This document shows, piece by piece, positions 1 through 9,385 of a stretch of 38,523 bases of DNA; within the stretch, counting starts at the first letter, position 1; each line of letters begins with the position of its first letter. Source of the stretch: Thermoproteota archaeon (lineage in GTDB: Archaea; Korarchaeota; Korarchaeia; Korarchaeales; Korarchaeaceae); the NCBI GenBank assembly GCA_037917625.1, contig JAVCBY010000035.1:1-38523 (forward strand), in the 5' to 3' direction. Position numbers and translations under genes: made by a program. Below the pieces are notes generated by a model. It was not told the origin of the DNA, did no database searches, and saw only the letters and a program-made list of their open reading frames with translations.

Positions 1-2
1 CT

Positions 3-509
3 TCTCAACGCATCGACTACCTCATCTATGCGAGATGGCTGAAGAGGACCGGGGTCCCCGGGAACGTTCTAGTCAGCTTGGGGGTCGCATTCACTCTCAT
101 ATTCGGCTCACTAGCTGCCGGGAATCTGACAAGTAAGGTGATAATCTTCTCCTCAATAGCATTCACATCGAACTTAATCAGGGAATTCGTGAAAGCCGTA
201 GAGGACCTACCTGGAGATAGGACATATGGTGTTAGGACAATAGCTGTTAGGATCGGTGTTAAGAGGACTGGCACATTGATATTCTCACTATCCTTAGTTA
301 CTGTGGCGCTCACAATACTCCCGGCCATCTTAGGATTGACGGGCATGATCTATCTCTTGCTCTCAGTCATAGTATCCCTTTCAATACTGATGGTAGCCTC
401 CGCTATGTGCATCAGAGGGAAATTGGAGGAGAGAGCTAGGGAGACTAGTAGTTTGATAAAGGCGTCGATGTTCCTAGGGCTCCTCGGAATGTTACTCGAT
501 CCTATCTAG
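3..509 (+). CDS. UbiA-family prenyltransferase, probably digeranylgeranylglyceryl phosphate synthase (5' partial)
   Basis: The frame is open from the window edge (YARWLKRTGVPGNVLVS). It carries the UbiA second Asp-rich motif REFVKAVEDLPGDRTYGVRTI and several TM helices. Confidence 0.85.
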   Translation, partial: SQRIDYLIYARWLKRTGVPGNVLVSLGVAFTLIFGSLAAGNLTSKVIIFSSIAFTSNLIREFVKAVEDLPGDRTYGVRTIAVRIGVKRTGTLIFSLSLVTVALTILPAILGLTGMIYLLLSVIVSLSILMVASAMCIRGKLEERARETSSLIKASMFLGLLGMLLDPI

Positions 510-1282
510 AGGAGCCTAAACAAGCTCTTCCTCTCAATGACACCCAATACTTTATCATTAGAGTCAACTACTGGTAAGGAGGGGAGACCAGTACTCAAGA
601 AAGCATCTTTTGCATTCTTCAAATCGCTAGAAAGCTTAGGAGGTGATTCGAGCATGATATCCTCGACTATGACCCTCCTAGCGACATCATCCATGTAAGT
701 CCCCTCTATCCTATCTCTTACCTCAAAGAAAGCCTTTGCAAGCACCATCTCGGTTATTAAACCAACAAGTTTCCCTGAATCAACTACTGGAAGTATCCTG
801 GCTCCTCTTTCTAACATTATAGTTCTAGCATGAACTATCCTCTCGTTAGGCATTATCCTCGGGTGCTCTCGCTTGATTAGGCTAGATAGATCACCTCTCA
901 ATTCCATTTGTCTTATTATATCGCTCTCCGTGATCAGTCCGATGAGCTTCCCATTATTCAACACTGGAAGGAGACTTATCCTCTTATCTAGCATGACCTT
1001 CGCAGCATCCAAGATGTCCATATCCTGCTCGATAGTTATAGGGGGTTCGGACATCAGAGCGCTGACGTATATCCTTCTAGCAGGTATTCTCTCGAAACGA
1101 GATGATCCTAGACCATCCATAAGATCTCTCACGCTCAGAACTCCGACTAACTTATCTCCCGATGTCACGATCAAGTGGCTTATCTTATTCCTCTCCATGA
1201 GGTCGATGGCTCTCTCGACGGTATCACCCTTATCTATGGAGATTATATCCCTGACGACTATCTCACTGACTTTACGCGGCAT
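506..1282 (-). CDS. CBS-domain protein (4 CBS, two Bateman modules)
   Basis: Repeated CBS motifs (LVGVLSVRDL, LIGLITESDII, LVGLITEMVL, VLGVIERKSL). Start moved to ATG 1282 (MPRKV), which overlaps the upstream gene end by 11 nt. Confidence 0.9.
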   Translation of the reverse strand: MPRKVSEIVVRDIISIDKGDTVERAIDLMERNKISHLIVTSGDKLVGVLSVRDLMDGLGSSRFERIPARRIYVSALMSEPPITIEQDMDILDAAKVMLDKRISLLPVLNNGKLIGLITESDIIRQMELRGDLSSLIKREHPRIMPNERIVHARTIMLERGARILPVVDSGKLVGLITEMVLAKAFFEVRDRIEGTYMDDVARRVIVEDIMLESPPKLSSDLKNAKDAFLSTGLPSLPVVDSNDKVLGVIERKSLFRLL

Positions 1283-2096
1283 CAGAGACCACCCTGACGA
1301 TCTCCTTCTTATCGACGACACCCAATAAACTTTCACCATCGAACACAGGAACCGCGGAAAGTCCCCACTCGAGCATAAACCTTGCAGCTTTACCAGCATC
1401 GTCCTCTCGAGTTACCTTTATCCTCAACTCCTTCATTATGCTGCTAGCAGTCTTAACCTTCGTGCTCAAGCTGACCCTCCTTCCGACTCTGGAGGGTATT
1501 AGAACATACCTCTCAGCTAATTTGGGGACCCATAAAGCTAGCTCCCCCTCCGAGATAATCCCCTCATACTTCCCATCTAAACCAGAGACTAGGATAACTC
1601 TCTTTCCACTCGCAATTATCCTAGCTACCCTCTTAAGGCTAGTATTATATCTAACTACTCCATATCTATTGCTCACGAGATCTCCAGCCTTATAGAGGCC
1701 TCTCATTCTCTCCTCGAAGAACCTAGTTACATCTGTCTCTGAGAGGATCCCGAGGAGCTCAGAGTCCTCCACAACGGGAAGTCCGCCTATCATTCTCTCT
1801 CTCATTACTTTAGATGCTGTGAATATTGATTCATCGGGTCCAATAGTTACTGGATTCGCTGTCATGAACCTGCTCACTAGAGAGCTCTCAGGATCCCTCC
1901 ACCTCCATGGAGCGCCTCTCCTCGCGAGGGCCTTAGCTATATCTGTAACCGTTATTACCCCTACTACCTCATTTCCTTCAACTACGACCAATCTTCTGAC
2001 TCTTCTCTCGAGCATTAAGTTTCTAGCCTTTCCTATAGTATCTTGAGGGGATACTACAGCAACCTCTTTAGTCATGTAATCTCTTATCTTAGCCAA
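1272..2096 (-). CDS. CBS-domain protein (4 CBS)
   Basis: CBS motifs VVGVITVTDI, LLGILSETDV, YEGIISEGEL, LLGVVDKKEI. TTG start with a purine-rich SD upstream. Confidence 0.9.
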   Translation of the reverse strand: MAKIRDYMTKEVAVVSPQDTIGKARNLMLERRVRRLVVVEGNEVVGVITVTDIAKALARRGAPWRWRDPESSLVSRFMTANPVTIGPDESIFTASKVMRERMIGGLPVVEDSELLGILSETDVTRFFEERMRGLYKAGDLVSNRYGVVRYNTSLKRVARIIASGKRVILVSGLDGKYEGIISEGELALWVPKLAERYVLIPSRVGRRVSLSTKVKTASSIMKELRIKVTREDDAGKAARFMLEWGLSAVPVFDGESLLGVVDKKEIVRVVSDAA

Positions 2097-2107
2097 AACG
2101 CTCCCCC

Positions 2108-2599
2108 CTATATCAGCCCCCTCACCTTAGACTGCGCTATCCTGAGCTCCTGTAAGAGGAGGAACCATATGTGAGGGGCTACCTTCAGTATATCCCTAGA
2201 TGAGATTATGCCTACGACCCTTCCATCATAATTAACGACAATAAGCCTCCTGATATTCTTCTCAATCATTATCCTAGCTGCCTCATCTATATCAGTATTA
2301 TCCCTTATCGTTATCGGATCTTTCGTCATTATCTCCAATACCTTTACATCCTCAGGCCTCCTCCCATCCTCCGCTGCTATATAACGGGTTATCAGATCCC
2401 TCTCAGTGACTATCCCCTTGAGCTCGCCCCCTTCCATGATGACGACAGAGCCTATATTATTCTCCTTCATCAACTTAGCAGCTTCATAGACAGTTCCATC
2501 GGGTCTCATCGTTATTATATTCCTATTCATAACTTCGGATACCTTCATCCTTACCTTAAGCTCCTCCTCCCTCTCGGGTATCAACGACCACATCTTCAT
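2108..2599 (-). CDS. CBS-domain protein (2 CBS)
   Basis: LKGIVTERDL and VVGIISSRDIL. The ATG overlaps the rqcH stop (TGATG). Confidence 0.9.
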   Translation of the reverse strand: MKMWSLIPEREEELKVRMKVSEVMNRNIITMRPDGTVYEAAKLMKENNIGSVVIMEGGELKGIVTERDLITRYIAAEDGRRPEDVKVLEIMTKDPITIRDNTDIDEAARIMIEKNIRRLIVVNYDGRVVGIISSRDILKVAPHIWFLLLQELRIAQSKVRGLI

Positions 2600-4473
2600 C
2601 ACTCCTCTACCCTCACTTTACCTGGGGGCATCGCTCTCACTATGTTGTCCAGGGTCAACTCATCCTCCGGGAGTTCAACTTCTCCCCCTATTTTAACGTT
2701 ACTCAGGAGCTCAATCAGTTTATTTTTTATCTTAATTGCCGCCTCCTCCTTACTCATTGATCCCGGCCTTATCCTAACGGAGCATATGAAAGGAGCATCA
2801 GGGGGAGCTGCTGTCAGCTTCATACCATCCTGAGTTTCCTGTATCCCTACGGATAGCTCTAACTTAGCCCTCAAATAGTTCCTCTTTCCCGTTATGTAGA
2901 AGCTACCCTTAGGAAGGTACATGCCAGGAGGAGCATGCTTAGAGACTTGCTCTCCTTTAACGTAATAGACATCTGCGTAAGACAACCCTTCCTTCCAAGC
3001 CCTTGAGAATGATGCTGCAGCTACTGCTGCTTGCTCTATAGATCTTTGATCAACCTCCTTCTCAACTTTCAGAACGACAACAGCCCCTCCAGGCATGTCC
3101 ACGTGGAAGAAGAGGTCATTATCATTCATATACTTGCTCACTATCTCCGAGTTCGTTTGAGCGTCCCTCCCACAGATCACGAGGTTCCCAGAGGAAGTGT
3201 AGAACCATCTGAATCTCTCATACCATCTCTCCCTCTTCCTGGGCTTTGGTGAGAGCTCAAGCCTTCTCTCCTCCAGAGAGGACTCGACCTGTTTCAATCT
3301 CTCCATGATACTGGATAGGGCTTTATCGATCCTCATGGCCTTTTCTCTAGCTTTCTTCGCCCTATCATAATATTCTGAGGCATTTTCTGAGGCAGACCTC
3401 CTTATATCAAGCTGTATTTCCTCACCTTCTAGGGATATGATCACCTTGCCTGACTTCCAATCCACTCGCTTTATCAGTTCATGCTCCCCCCCGGACCTCG
3501 CTCGGCTGAGGGCATCCTCTACCTCATGAATATTTGAGAAGAGGATATCGCCTATCCTCCTCAGCTGAGCGTAGGACCTCTCATACTCCTCCTTCAAGGA
3601 GACCTGACTCTCTATCTCCCTCTTGAGAGAAGATATTCTCTCATCCTCAACTGATATTCCCTTAGATTTGTAATAATCCTCTATGGCGTCAGATAGGAGA
3701 GCTCTACTCACTCTATCATATTCGAGGTGGGAGAGCGGGAAGGCGGAGTACTCAACTATCTCCTCCCCATCTAAGTATAGAGTGGGCTCGGTCTCCCTAC
3801 TCATGAGGTCAGAAATCTCATTAGCTAATTTCTCAAGGCTCAAATCCGAGATCTTTACCTCAGCATCGATTTTAAGCTTTAGAAGGACTTCATTGAGGTA
3901 AGGAGGGCCTAATCCGAAGCTAGTTAGGACCTTCCAGACCCTCTCCTCCGGCGGAATTCTTTCCAATACTTTAATTAATCCCTCTCCGGAGAAGTTAGGG
4001 GTCTCCTGCCACGGGGACGGAGGGAGCTTATATACCTCCCCCACCTTTATCTTCCTATCTCTATATTCAGCTTTCCGTTGAGCGGCTACTACCTCATCGC
4101 CCGATAGTAATATGAGATTCCCCCCGCCGAATAGCTCTGCTATGAGCCTCATCCCTCTGGAAAATTCGAATGAAACTATTCTCTCTAGACCTGGCTGGGA
4201 TATTCTCTCTATTCTAGCGTTCTCTAAGTGCTTCCTTAATGTCATCACGAAGGGAGAGGGCGTTAGAGGTTTCGCCCATTTGAGCTTCGTTAGGAAGGTG
4301 AACCCCCTAAGGTCGATGAGGATCTCCCTTCTCCCATCCATTTCCGGGTGGAATAAGAGGGAGAAGGAGCTCTCATCGATATTGTAGATCTTCTTGATGA
4401 AACGGCCCTCCAGTCTGCGCAGTTCCTTGATGATGTGGTTTATTTCAAGTCCAGTCATCCCTCTGAGCTTCAT
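2599..4473 (-). CDS. rqcH: Ribosome quality control factor RqcH/Rqc2 (NFACT/NEMF family)
   Basis: NFACT-N (LRKHLEN, ELFGGGNLIL), coiled coil, SASENASEYYDRAKK, NFACT-R (WYERFRWF, GRDAQTNSE, FFHVDMPGG, YLPKGSFYITGKRNY). GGTGA SD upstream. Confidence 0.92.
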   Translation of the reverse strand: MKLRGMTGLEINHIIKELRRLEGRFIKKIYNIDESSFSLLFHPEMDGRREILIDLRGFTFLTKLKWAKPLTPSPFVMTLRKHLENARIERISQPGLERIVSFEFSRGMRLIAELFGGGNLILLSGDEVVAAQRKAEYRDRKIKVGEVYKLPPSPWQETPNFSGEGLIKVLERIPPEERVWKVLTSFGLGPPYLNEVLLKLKIDAEVKISDLSLEKLANEISDLMSRETEPTLYLDGEEIVEYSAFPLSHLEYDRVSRALLSDAIEDYYKSKGISVEDERISSLKREIESQVSLKEEYERSYAQLRRIGDILFSNIHEVEDALSRARSGGEHELIKRVDWKSGKVIISLEGEEIQLDIRRSASENASEYYDRAKKAREKAMRIDKALSSIMERLKQVESSLEERRLELSPKPRKRERWYERFRWFYTSSGNLVICGRDAQTNSEIVSKYMNDNDLFFHVDMPGGAVVVLKVEKEVDQRSIEQAAVAAASFSRAWKEGLSYADVYYVKGEQVSKHAPPGMYLPKGSFYITGKRNYLRAKLELSVGIQETQDGMKLTAAPPDAPFICSVRIRPGSMSKEEAAIKIKNKLIELLSNVKIGGEVELPEDELTLDNIVRAMPPGKVRVEE

Positions 4474-4579
4474 TTCGAATCACCGAGATCTTAAGGACTC
4501 TTCACTCTTAAAGGATCTCACTCCTAGTGGGGCTCTCGACCTCTACAGTTTCGCAGAGGCTGGATGCTTCGGCTCACTA

Positions 4580-4587
4580 TTTTATAT
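4580..4587 (+). promoter_or_regulatory. Candidate TATA box (TTTTATAT) for the 4610 gene
   Basis: Lies about 23-30 nt upstream of ATG 4610, typical archaeal spacing. Confidence 0.5.
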
Positions 4588-4609
4588 TTCATGGTGATAG
4601 CTTAGCCCG

Positions 4610-5461
4610 ATGAAGCCCAAGCATAAAGTCTACTACTTCAGGCTCCTGGCTTCCTCCCTAGTGGGGATCCTCAATGGTCTCCTCAGAGTAGACCCAGCTA
4701 TAGGGATCTCAGCATTCTTCTTCACTTACTTCCTAGTGACTCCGCTCTCGCTCAGGATGTGGAGGGAAGAGCTCAAGGGCATGGGGCTAATGGAGATATA
4801 TAAGGAAGCGGTAGGAGCCTCTTTACTAGCTTTAATCATGGTTTGGTCTCTTACATTGAGTTTTACAGGGCAAGGGGTAGCATTAGCTGTTGTTAGGGAG
4901 AAGGGAAGTGGGATATATCCGATAGAGACATTAGATGGTAGGTTTTTGCCTCCAGGTAATGAGGAGATGATGGGTTACAGCGCCGTTCTCCTCAACATCT
5001 CGGATCACCTAATTGATGCTGAGCTAGGAGCTTGTTTGAACGGGGCATCATCATTCAAGATGGGTAGGTACTACTTAACGGTGGATGATGGCATATCGTT
5101 GAGGATTGAGCTCAAACTATCCGATCCCGAGGATAGGGAGATCCTGAGGAGGATAGTGGGGAACTTCTCCATCTATAGGAATGGGACGATGGTCTTCGGT
5201 GAGAATAAAGTTCGCATGGGGGAGAGCATAAATATAACATCTAAAGGATCGAACTTGTCCTTGAAGTTCTCCGGACTAAACGATATCATCCTAGAGATAA
5301 GATCCCCTATCGATGTCCCTAAGGACTCGCCCCTCAATTCCTTCATTAAGCTCAGGAGGAATGACTCTCAACTATGCTTATTCGATTCGACTAAGCCCAA
5401 GATCGGCAGGAGAACGATAAATATTCGTGGATATCACATAGTGATCCTTCCCGGGGGATGA
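4610..5461 (+). CDS. Membrane protein with an EMC6/Rab5ip-like three-TM N-terminus and a beta-rich C-terminal domain
   Basis: 283-aa ORF overlapping archease by 4 nt (ATGA). The N-terminal pattern VYYFRLLASSLVGILNGLL...IYKEAVGASLLALIMVWSL resembles EMC6 by eye. Confidence 0.6.
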   Translation: MKPKHKVYYFRLLASSLVGILNGLLRVDPAIGISAFFFTYFLVTPLSLRMWREELKGMGLMEIYKEAVGASLLALIMVWSLTLSFTGQGVALAVVREKGSGIYPIETLDGRFLPPGNEEMMGYSAVLLNISDHLIDAELGACLNGASSFKMGRYYLTVDDGISLRIELKLSDPEDREILRRIVGNFSIYRNGTMVFGENKVRMGESINITSKGSNLSLKFSGLNDIILEIRSPIDVPKDSPLNSFIKLRRNDSQLCLFDSTKPKIGRRTINIRGYHIVILPGG

Positions 5462-5874
5462 AGATGGGGAGGAGATTCCTCGAATTAGAAGCGGATGTTG
5501 GATTTGAGGTATGGGCTGATGACTTAAATTCCCTATTCGAGGAGGCTGCCCTCTCAATGTACGAAATAATGGTGGATGTGGAGAAGGTGGGGAGGAGCAT
5601 AGAGAGGAATATAAGCGTCAACGCTCCCGACCTGGAGATGCTGCTCCACCATTGGTTATCAGAGCTCCTGTTCATCACGGATGTAGAGAGGATAGTATTC
5701 TCCGATTTCAAGGTCAATATATCCGGGAACGACCTCAAGGGAAGGGCATGGGGGGAATTCATAGATGCTGAGAAGCACAACCCGAAGACGGAGATAAAGG
5801 CTGTAACTTATCATAAGCTGAGCGTGAGGGAGGAGGGAGGTATCTGGAAGTGCACTGTTGTCTTGGATATATGA
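5458..5874 (+). CDS. Archease (RtcB tRNA-ligase activator)
   Basis: ADVGFEVW, LLHHWLSELLF, EIKAVTYH and the C-terminal VLDI are archease signatures. Confidence 0.92.
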   Translation: MKMGRRFLELEADVGFEVWADDLNSLFEEAALSMYEIMVDVEKVGRSIERNISVNAPDLEMLLHHWLSELLFITDVERIVFSDFKVNISGNDLKGRAWGEFIDAEKHNPKTEIKAVTYHKLSVREEGGIWKCTVVLDI

Positions 5875-5971
5875 GAAAGTCCCCTCAAAATTGCATTGAA
5901 TTTTTCTATTTTCATCACGTTATTTGGAAAAGCTCTACCTTAAGATCCGCGATCCCGAAGCCCGGTCTTTG

Positions 5972-5988
5972 AAAGAAACTTTAATAAA
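5972..5988 (+). promoter_or_regulatory. BRE/TATA promoter of the rpl3 operon
   Basis: AAAGAAA followed by CTTTAATAAA about 40 nt upstream of ATG 6026. SD GAGGTG at about 6015-6020. Confidence 0.6.
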
Positions 5989-6025
5989 CGAGGGAAGCAT
6001 CCCTCCCCGAAAGAGAGGTGGCCTT

Positions 6026-7024
6026 ATGCCAAGGAGACATGGTTCTCTGCAGTACTACCCTAGGAAGAGGGCTGCTACTCAGAAGGCCCTATTCAGATCC
6101 TACCCAGAACTCTCGGTTGATAAACCGACTTTAGTAGCCTTTCCAGGGTATAAGGTCGGGATGGTTCACGTCTTAATGAAGGAAGATAGGCCAGGTAAGC
6201 TTAACCTCGGTCAGCAGGTAACTCTAGCGTCTACAGTGATAGAAACTCCTCCCATAGAGGTAGTGGGTTTCAGGGCTTATAAGGAGGATTACTATGGGCT
6301 CAAGCCCTTAGCCACTGCGTTGAGGATAGAGAGGAAGGATCCCATCTCGAGGACCTTAACAATAGGAGATGGTGTGGATAACTTCGATGAAGCTCTATCA
6401 AAACTAGAAGGTGCGAAAGTGAGCGAGATCAGGATACTATCATATACGAGACCAGATCTAGCCGGCATCCATAAGAAGAAACCTGAATTCATGGAGATCC
6501 CAATCAAGGGAGGGGAAATGGAGGAGAGGATAGAATTCGCTAAATCGCTAGTGGGCTCACAGCTGAAGGTAGATAGCGTCTTCAGAGTAGGTCAGCTCGT
6601 CGATGTCACTGCTGTCACTAAGGGGCACGGTTGGCAGGGGGTCGTGAGGAGGTTCGGGATAGAGTTGCTGAGGCATAAGGCTGGGAAGGGGAGATGGAGG
6701 GTAGGGAGCCTCGGCTCAAGGCATCCGCCTTACGTGACTTGGAGGGTACCGAGAGCTGGACAGACGGGTTATCATAAGAGGACGGAGTATAACAAGAGGA
6801 TACTCATGATGGGGGATCTGACTAAAGGTGATTTAGATCTCTCCCCTAAGGGAGGCTTCAAGAATTATGGGATCTTGAGGAGTCAGTACATCCTATTATC
6901 GGGATCTGTTCCCGGGCCAGCAAAACGCTTCGTTTTCATAAGGCATCCAATAAGGCCTAGCTATGCTGAACTGCCCGCTCCAGAGGTATACTATGTGAGC
7001 TCGATCGGGTGGCTCGGGAGGTGA
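6026..7024 (+). CDS. rpl3: 50S ribosomal protein L3 (uL3)
   Basis: PRRHGSLQYYPRKRA, GYKVGMVH, PRAGQTGYHKRTEYNKRI, GSVPGPAKR. Start moved to ATG 6026 after the SD. Confidence 0.97.
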   Translation: MPRRHGSLQYYPRKRAATQKALFRSYPELSVDKPTLVAFPGYKVGMVHVLMKEDRPGKLNLGQQVTLASTVIETPPIEVVGFRAYKEDYYGLKPLATALRIERKDPISRTLTIGDGVDNFDEALSKLEGAKVSEIRILSYTRPDLAGIHKKKPEFMEIPIKGGEMEERIEFAKSLVGSQLKVDSVFRVGQLVDVTAVTKGHGWQGVVRRFGIELLRHKAGKGRWRVGSLGSRHPPYVTWRVPRAGQTGYHKRTEYNKRILMMGDLTKGDLDLSPKGGFKNYGILRSQYILLSGSVPGPAKRFVFIRHPIRPSYAELPAPEVYYVSSIGWLGR

Positions 7025-7029
7025 GTCCA

Positions 7030-7818
7030 ATGGAAGTCCCAGTTTATAACTTGAACGGGGAGATAATAGGGAGAGTGGAGCTACCTACATTGTTTGAACT
7101 CGATGTGAGGCCGGATATAATAAGGAGGGTCTACCTATCGCAATTAACCGCTAGGATACAGCCTCAGGGCAGAGATCCCCTGGCCGGCCTCAGGACCTCG
7201 GCTGAGTCCCTAGGCGTCGGCCATGGCATAGCTAGAGTACCTAGAGTGAAGGGGAGGGGTTACCCTGCAGCTGGCAGGGCTGCTAGAGCTGTCATGACCG
7301 TAGGAGGAGCTAAGACGAAGGCGCCCAGATCTTGGAAAGTCGTATGGGAGAGGATCAACAGGAAGGAGAGGAGGCTCGCCATAGGGAGCGCGATAGCAGC
7401 TACTAGTCACCCTGAACTCGTTAGGGAGAGGCACAGGATACCGGAAGGGATCTCCTTACCTATTGTAGTATCGGATGACATAGAATCGATAGCGAAGACC
7501 TCCGATCTTCACAAGCTGCTCGAAAAACTTGGCCTAGAGGAGGAGCTCGAGAGGTGCAAGAGGAGGTTCAGGAAGATCAGAGCGGGAAGAGGGAAGATGA
7601 GGGGGAGGGTCAGGCAGAGAGCGAGAGGACCCCTGATAATATACTTGAGGGAGGACTCTCCTCTGAAGCTAGCGTATAGGAACATACCTGGGGTAGATGC
7701 TGTTTCCTTGAGGAACTTGAGCGTGATGCACTTGGCCCCCGGGGGGAAGCCGGGAAGACTTACTATATGGAGTGAATCCTCGATAAGAGCTCTGGAGGAG
7801 GTGAGGGTCATTGCCTAA
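7030..7818 (+). CDS. rpl4: 50S ribosomal protein L4 (uL4)
   Basis: VRPDIIRR, GRDPLAGLRTSAES, ARVPR, HLAPGGKPGRLTIWS. GGAGGTGA SD before ATG 7030. Confidence 0.97.
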   Translation: MEVPVYNLNGEIIGRVELPTLFELDVRPDIIRRVYLSQLTARIQPQGRDPLAGLRTSAESLGVGHGIARVPRVKGRGYPAAGRAARAVMTVGGAKTKAPRSWKVVWERINRKERRLAIGSAIAATSHPELVRERHRIPEGISLPIVVSDDIESIAKTSDLHKLLEKLGLEEELERCKRRFRKIRAGRGKMRGRVRQRARGPLIIYLREDSPLKLAYRNIPGVDAVSLRNLSVMHLAPGGKPGRLTIWSESSIRALEEVRVIA

Positions 7819-8086
7819 GTTTTTCGATCCATTTAAAATACTAAAAGCTCCTATATCCACTGAGAAGGTAGTTAGGATGATAAATGAGGAGAATAAGCTG
7901 GCATTCTATGTCGATATCAAAGCGAGTAAGTCAGAGATAAAGAGGGCAGTTGAGGAGGCTTTTGATGTGAAAGTGGTAAGCGTTAGGACTTTAATAACAT
8001 CTACTGGAAGGAAGAAGGCTTATGTGAAACTATCACCTGAGTTCAAGGCATCAGATATAGCCTCGAAACTTGGAGTCATAGGGTGA
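7811..8086 (+). CDS. rpl23: 50S ribosomal protein L23 (uL23)
   Basis: PISTEK, ENKLAFYV, KSEIKRAVE, KKAYVKL; expected operon position. Confidence 0.97.
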   Translation: MPKFFDPFKILKAPISTEKVVRMINEENKLAFYVDIKASKSEIKRAVEEAFDVKVVSVRTLITSTGRKKAYVKLSPEFKASDIASKLGVIG

Positions 8087-8090
8087 GGGT

Positions 8091-8828
8091 ATGGGCAAGA
8101 GGATCTTAGTTCAGAGGAAGGGAAGAGGAGGAATCCAGTTCAGGTCAAAGGATCACCTGAAGATAGCCCCAGCTCGCTACCCTCAGGATGGAATCGATAA
8201 TCTGCTGAGAGGCGTCATAAAGGAGATACTGCATGAGCCAGGCAGGCACACCCCGATATCGCTCGTGGAGCTTGAGAATGGGCAGGAGTTCTATTACATA
8301 CCGCCCGAGGGGGTCTACGAGGGTCAGGAGATTCAGATAGGCAAGGGGGCTGAGGTTAAGACCGGTAACGTATTACCCCTCTCCGAGATACCTGACGGTA
8401 GTCTCGTGTGCAACGTCGAGATAAGGCCTGGAGATGGAGGGAAGATAGCTAGGAGGAGCGGCACTTATGCGATAGTCTTCTCTCATGAAGGGGATAAGGT
8501 AATACTGAGGTTGCCCTCTAGGAAGGAGAAATTAGTTGATGCTAGATGTAGAGCAACAATAGGCGTGGTAGCGGGTAGCGGGAGGGTAGAGAAGCCCTTC
8601 ATGAAGGCCGGTATCAAGTACTACCATGAGAGGACGCATCCGAAGAGGTGGCCTGTGGTGAGAGGGGTAGCAATGAACCCCGTATCCCATCCGCATGGAG
8701 GTGGATCGCACAAGAGGCCTGGGAAGCCAACTACAGTCGCTAGAACAGCTCCTCCTGGTCAGAAAGTTGGTCATATAGCTGCTAGGAAGACTGGAAGGGC
8801 TAAGAGGAGAGCTGCTACTCAGAGGTAA
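8091..8828 (+). CDS. rpl2: 50S ribosomal protein L2 (uL2)
   Basis: [56 protein letters not shown]. Confidence 0.98.
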   Translation: MGKRILVQRKGRGGIQFRSKDHLKIAPARYPQDGIDNLLRGVIKEILHEPGRHTPISLVELENGQEFYYIPPEGVYEGQEIQIGKGAEVKTGNVLPLSEIPDGSLVCNVEIRPGDGGKIARRSGTYAIVFSHEGDKVILRLPSRKEKLVDARCRATIGVVAGSGRVEKPFMKAGIKYYHERTHPKRWPVVRGVAMNPVSHPHGGGSHKRPGKPTTVARTAPPGQKVGHIAARKTGRAKRRAATQR

Positions 8829-8859
8829 AGATTATATTCCATGGAGGGAGGGTAAAAGG

Positions 8860-9258
8860 ATGTCCTCGAGGGAGTTCAGGTACCGCGGGTACACGCTGGA
8901 GCAACTTCAGGCGATGACATTGGATGAGTTAGCTAACGTAATGCCATCTAGGATAAGGAGGACGCTGAGGAGAGGATTGTCCATCGAGAACAAGAAGCTC
9001 CTAGATAAGATCAGGAAGTATAAGGCCCTGGGGATAGATAAGGTCATAAGGACTCATAGGAGGGACATGCCCATCTTACCCGAGATGGTCGGCTCTAAGA
9101 TAGCAATTCACAACGGGAAGGAGTTCGTTGAGATCACGGTAGTGCCCGAGATGATAGGGCACTATCTCGGTGAGTTCGCGATGACCAATAAGATCGTGAG
9201 GCATGGGAAACCTGGAAAGGGAGCCACGAGATCCAGCAAGTTCGTACCCCTCAAGTGA
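8860..9258 (+). CDS. rps19: 30S ribosomal protein S19 (uS19)
   Basis: [48 protein letters not shown]. Confidence 0.98.
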   Translation: MSSREFRYRGYTLEQLQAMTLDELANVMPSRIRRTLRRGLSIENKKLLDKIRKYKALGIDKVIRTHRRDMPILPEMVGSKIAIHNGKEFVEITVVPEMIGHYLGEFAMTNKIVRHGKPGKGATRSSKFVPLK

Positions 9259-9260
9259 TT

Positions 9261-9347
9261 GCCGGGGTGGCCGAGATCGGACCAAGGTGCCCGCCTTGAG
9301 AGCGGGTGGCCCTCCGGGCCGCGAGGGTTCAAATCCCTCCCCCGGCG
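9261..9347 (+). tRNA. tRNA-Ser (anticodon TGA), no intron, CCA not encoded
   Basis: Acceptor stem GCCGGGG/CCCCGGC plus discriminator G. Anticodon arm CCCGC-CTTGAGA-GCGGG. Long variable arm GGCCC-TCC-GGGCC. T arm GAGGG-TTCAAAT-CCCTC. Confidence 0.96.
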
Positions 9348-9385
9348 CTCATTCACTTTTTCACTAATTATGGTGGATTTCTCAT

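Noticed and set aside
1-30. Possible frameshift at the start of the UbiA gene (frame 1 LLNAS versus frame 3 YLIYARW)
   Set aside because: Too little sequence at the window edge, and frame 3 is open anyway.
1283-1399. N-terminal extension of the 297-aa CBS ORF
   Set aside because: It overlaps the upstream CBS gene and is not CBS-like; ATG 1282 fits better.
5924-6025. 34-aa N-terminal extension of L3 and the GAGGGA-AGCA-TCCCTC hairpin
   Set aside because: The extension spans the TATA box and SD. The hairpin lies mostly upstream of the predicted TSS, so a leader-RNA role is unsupported.
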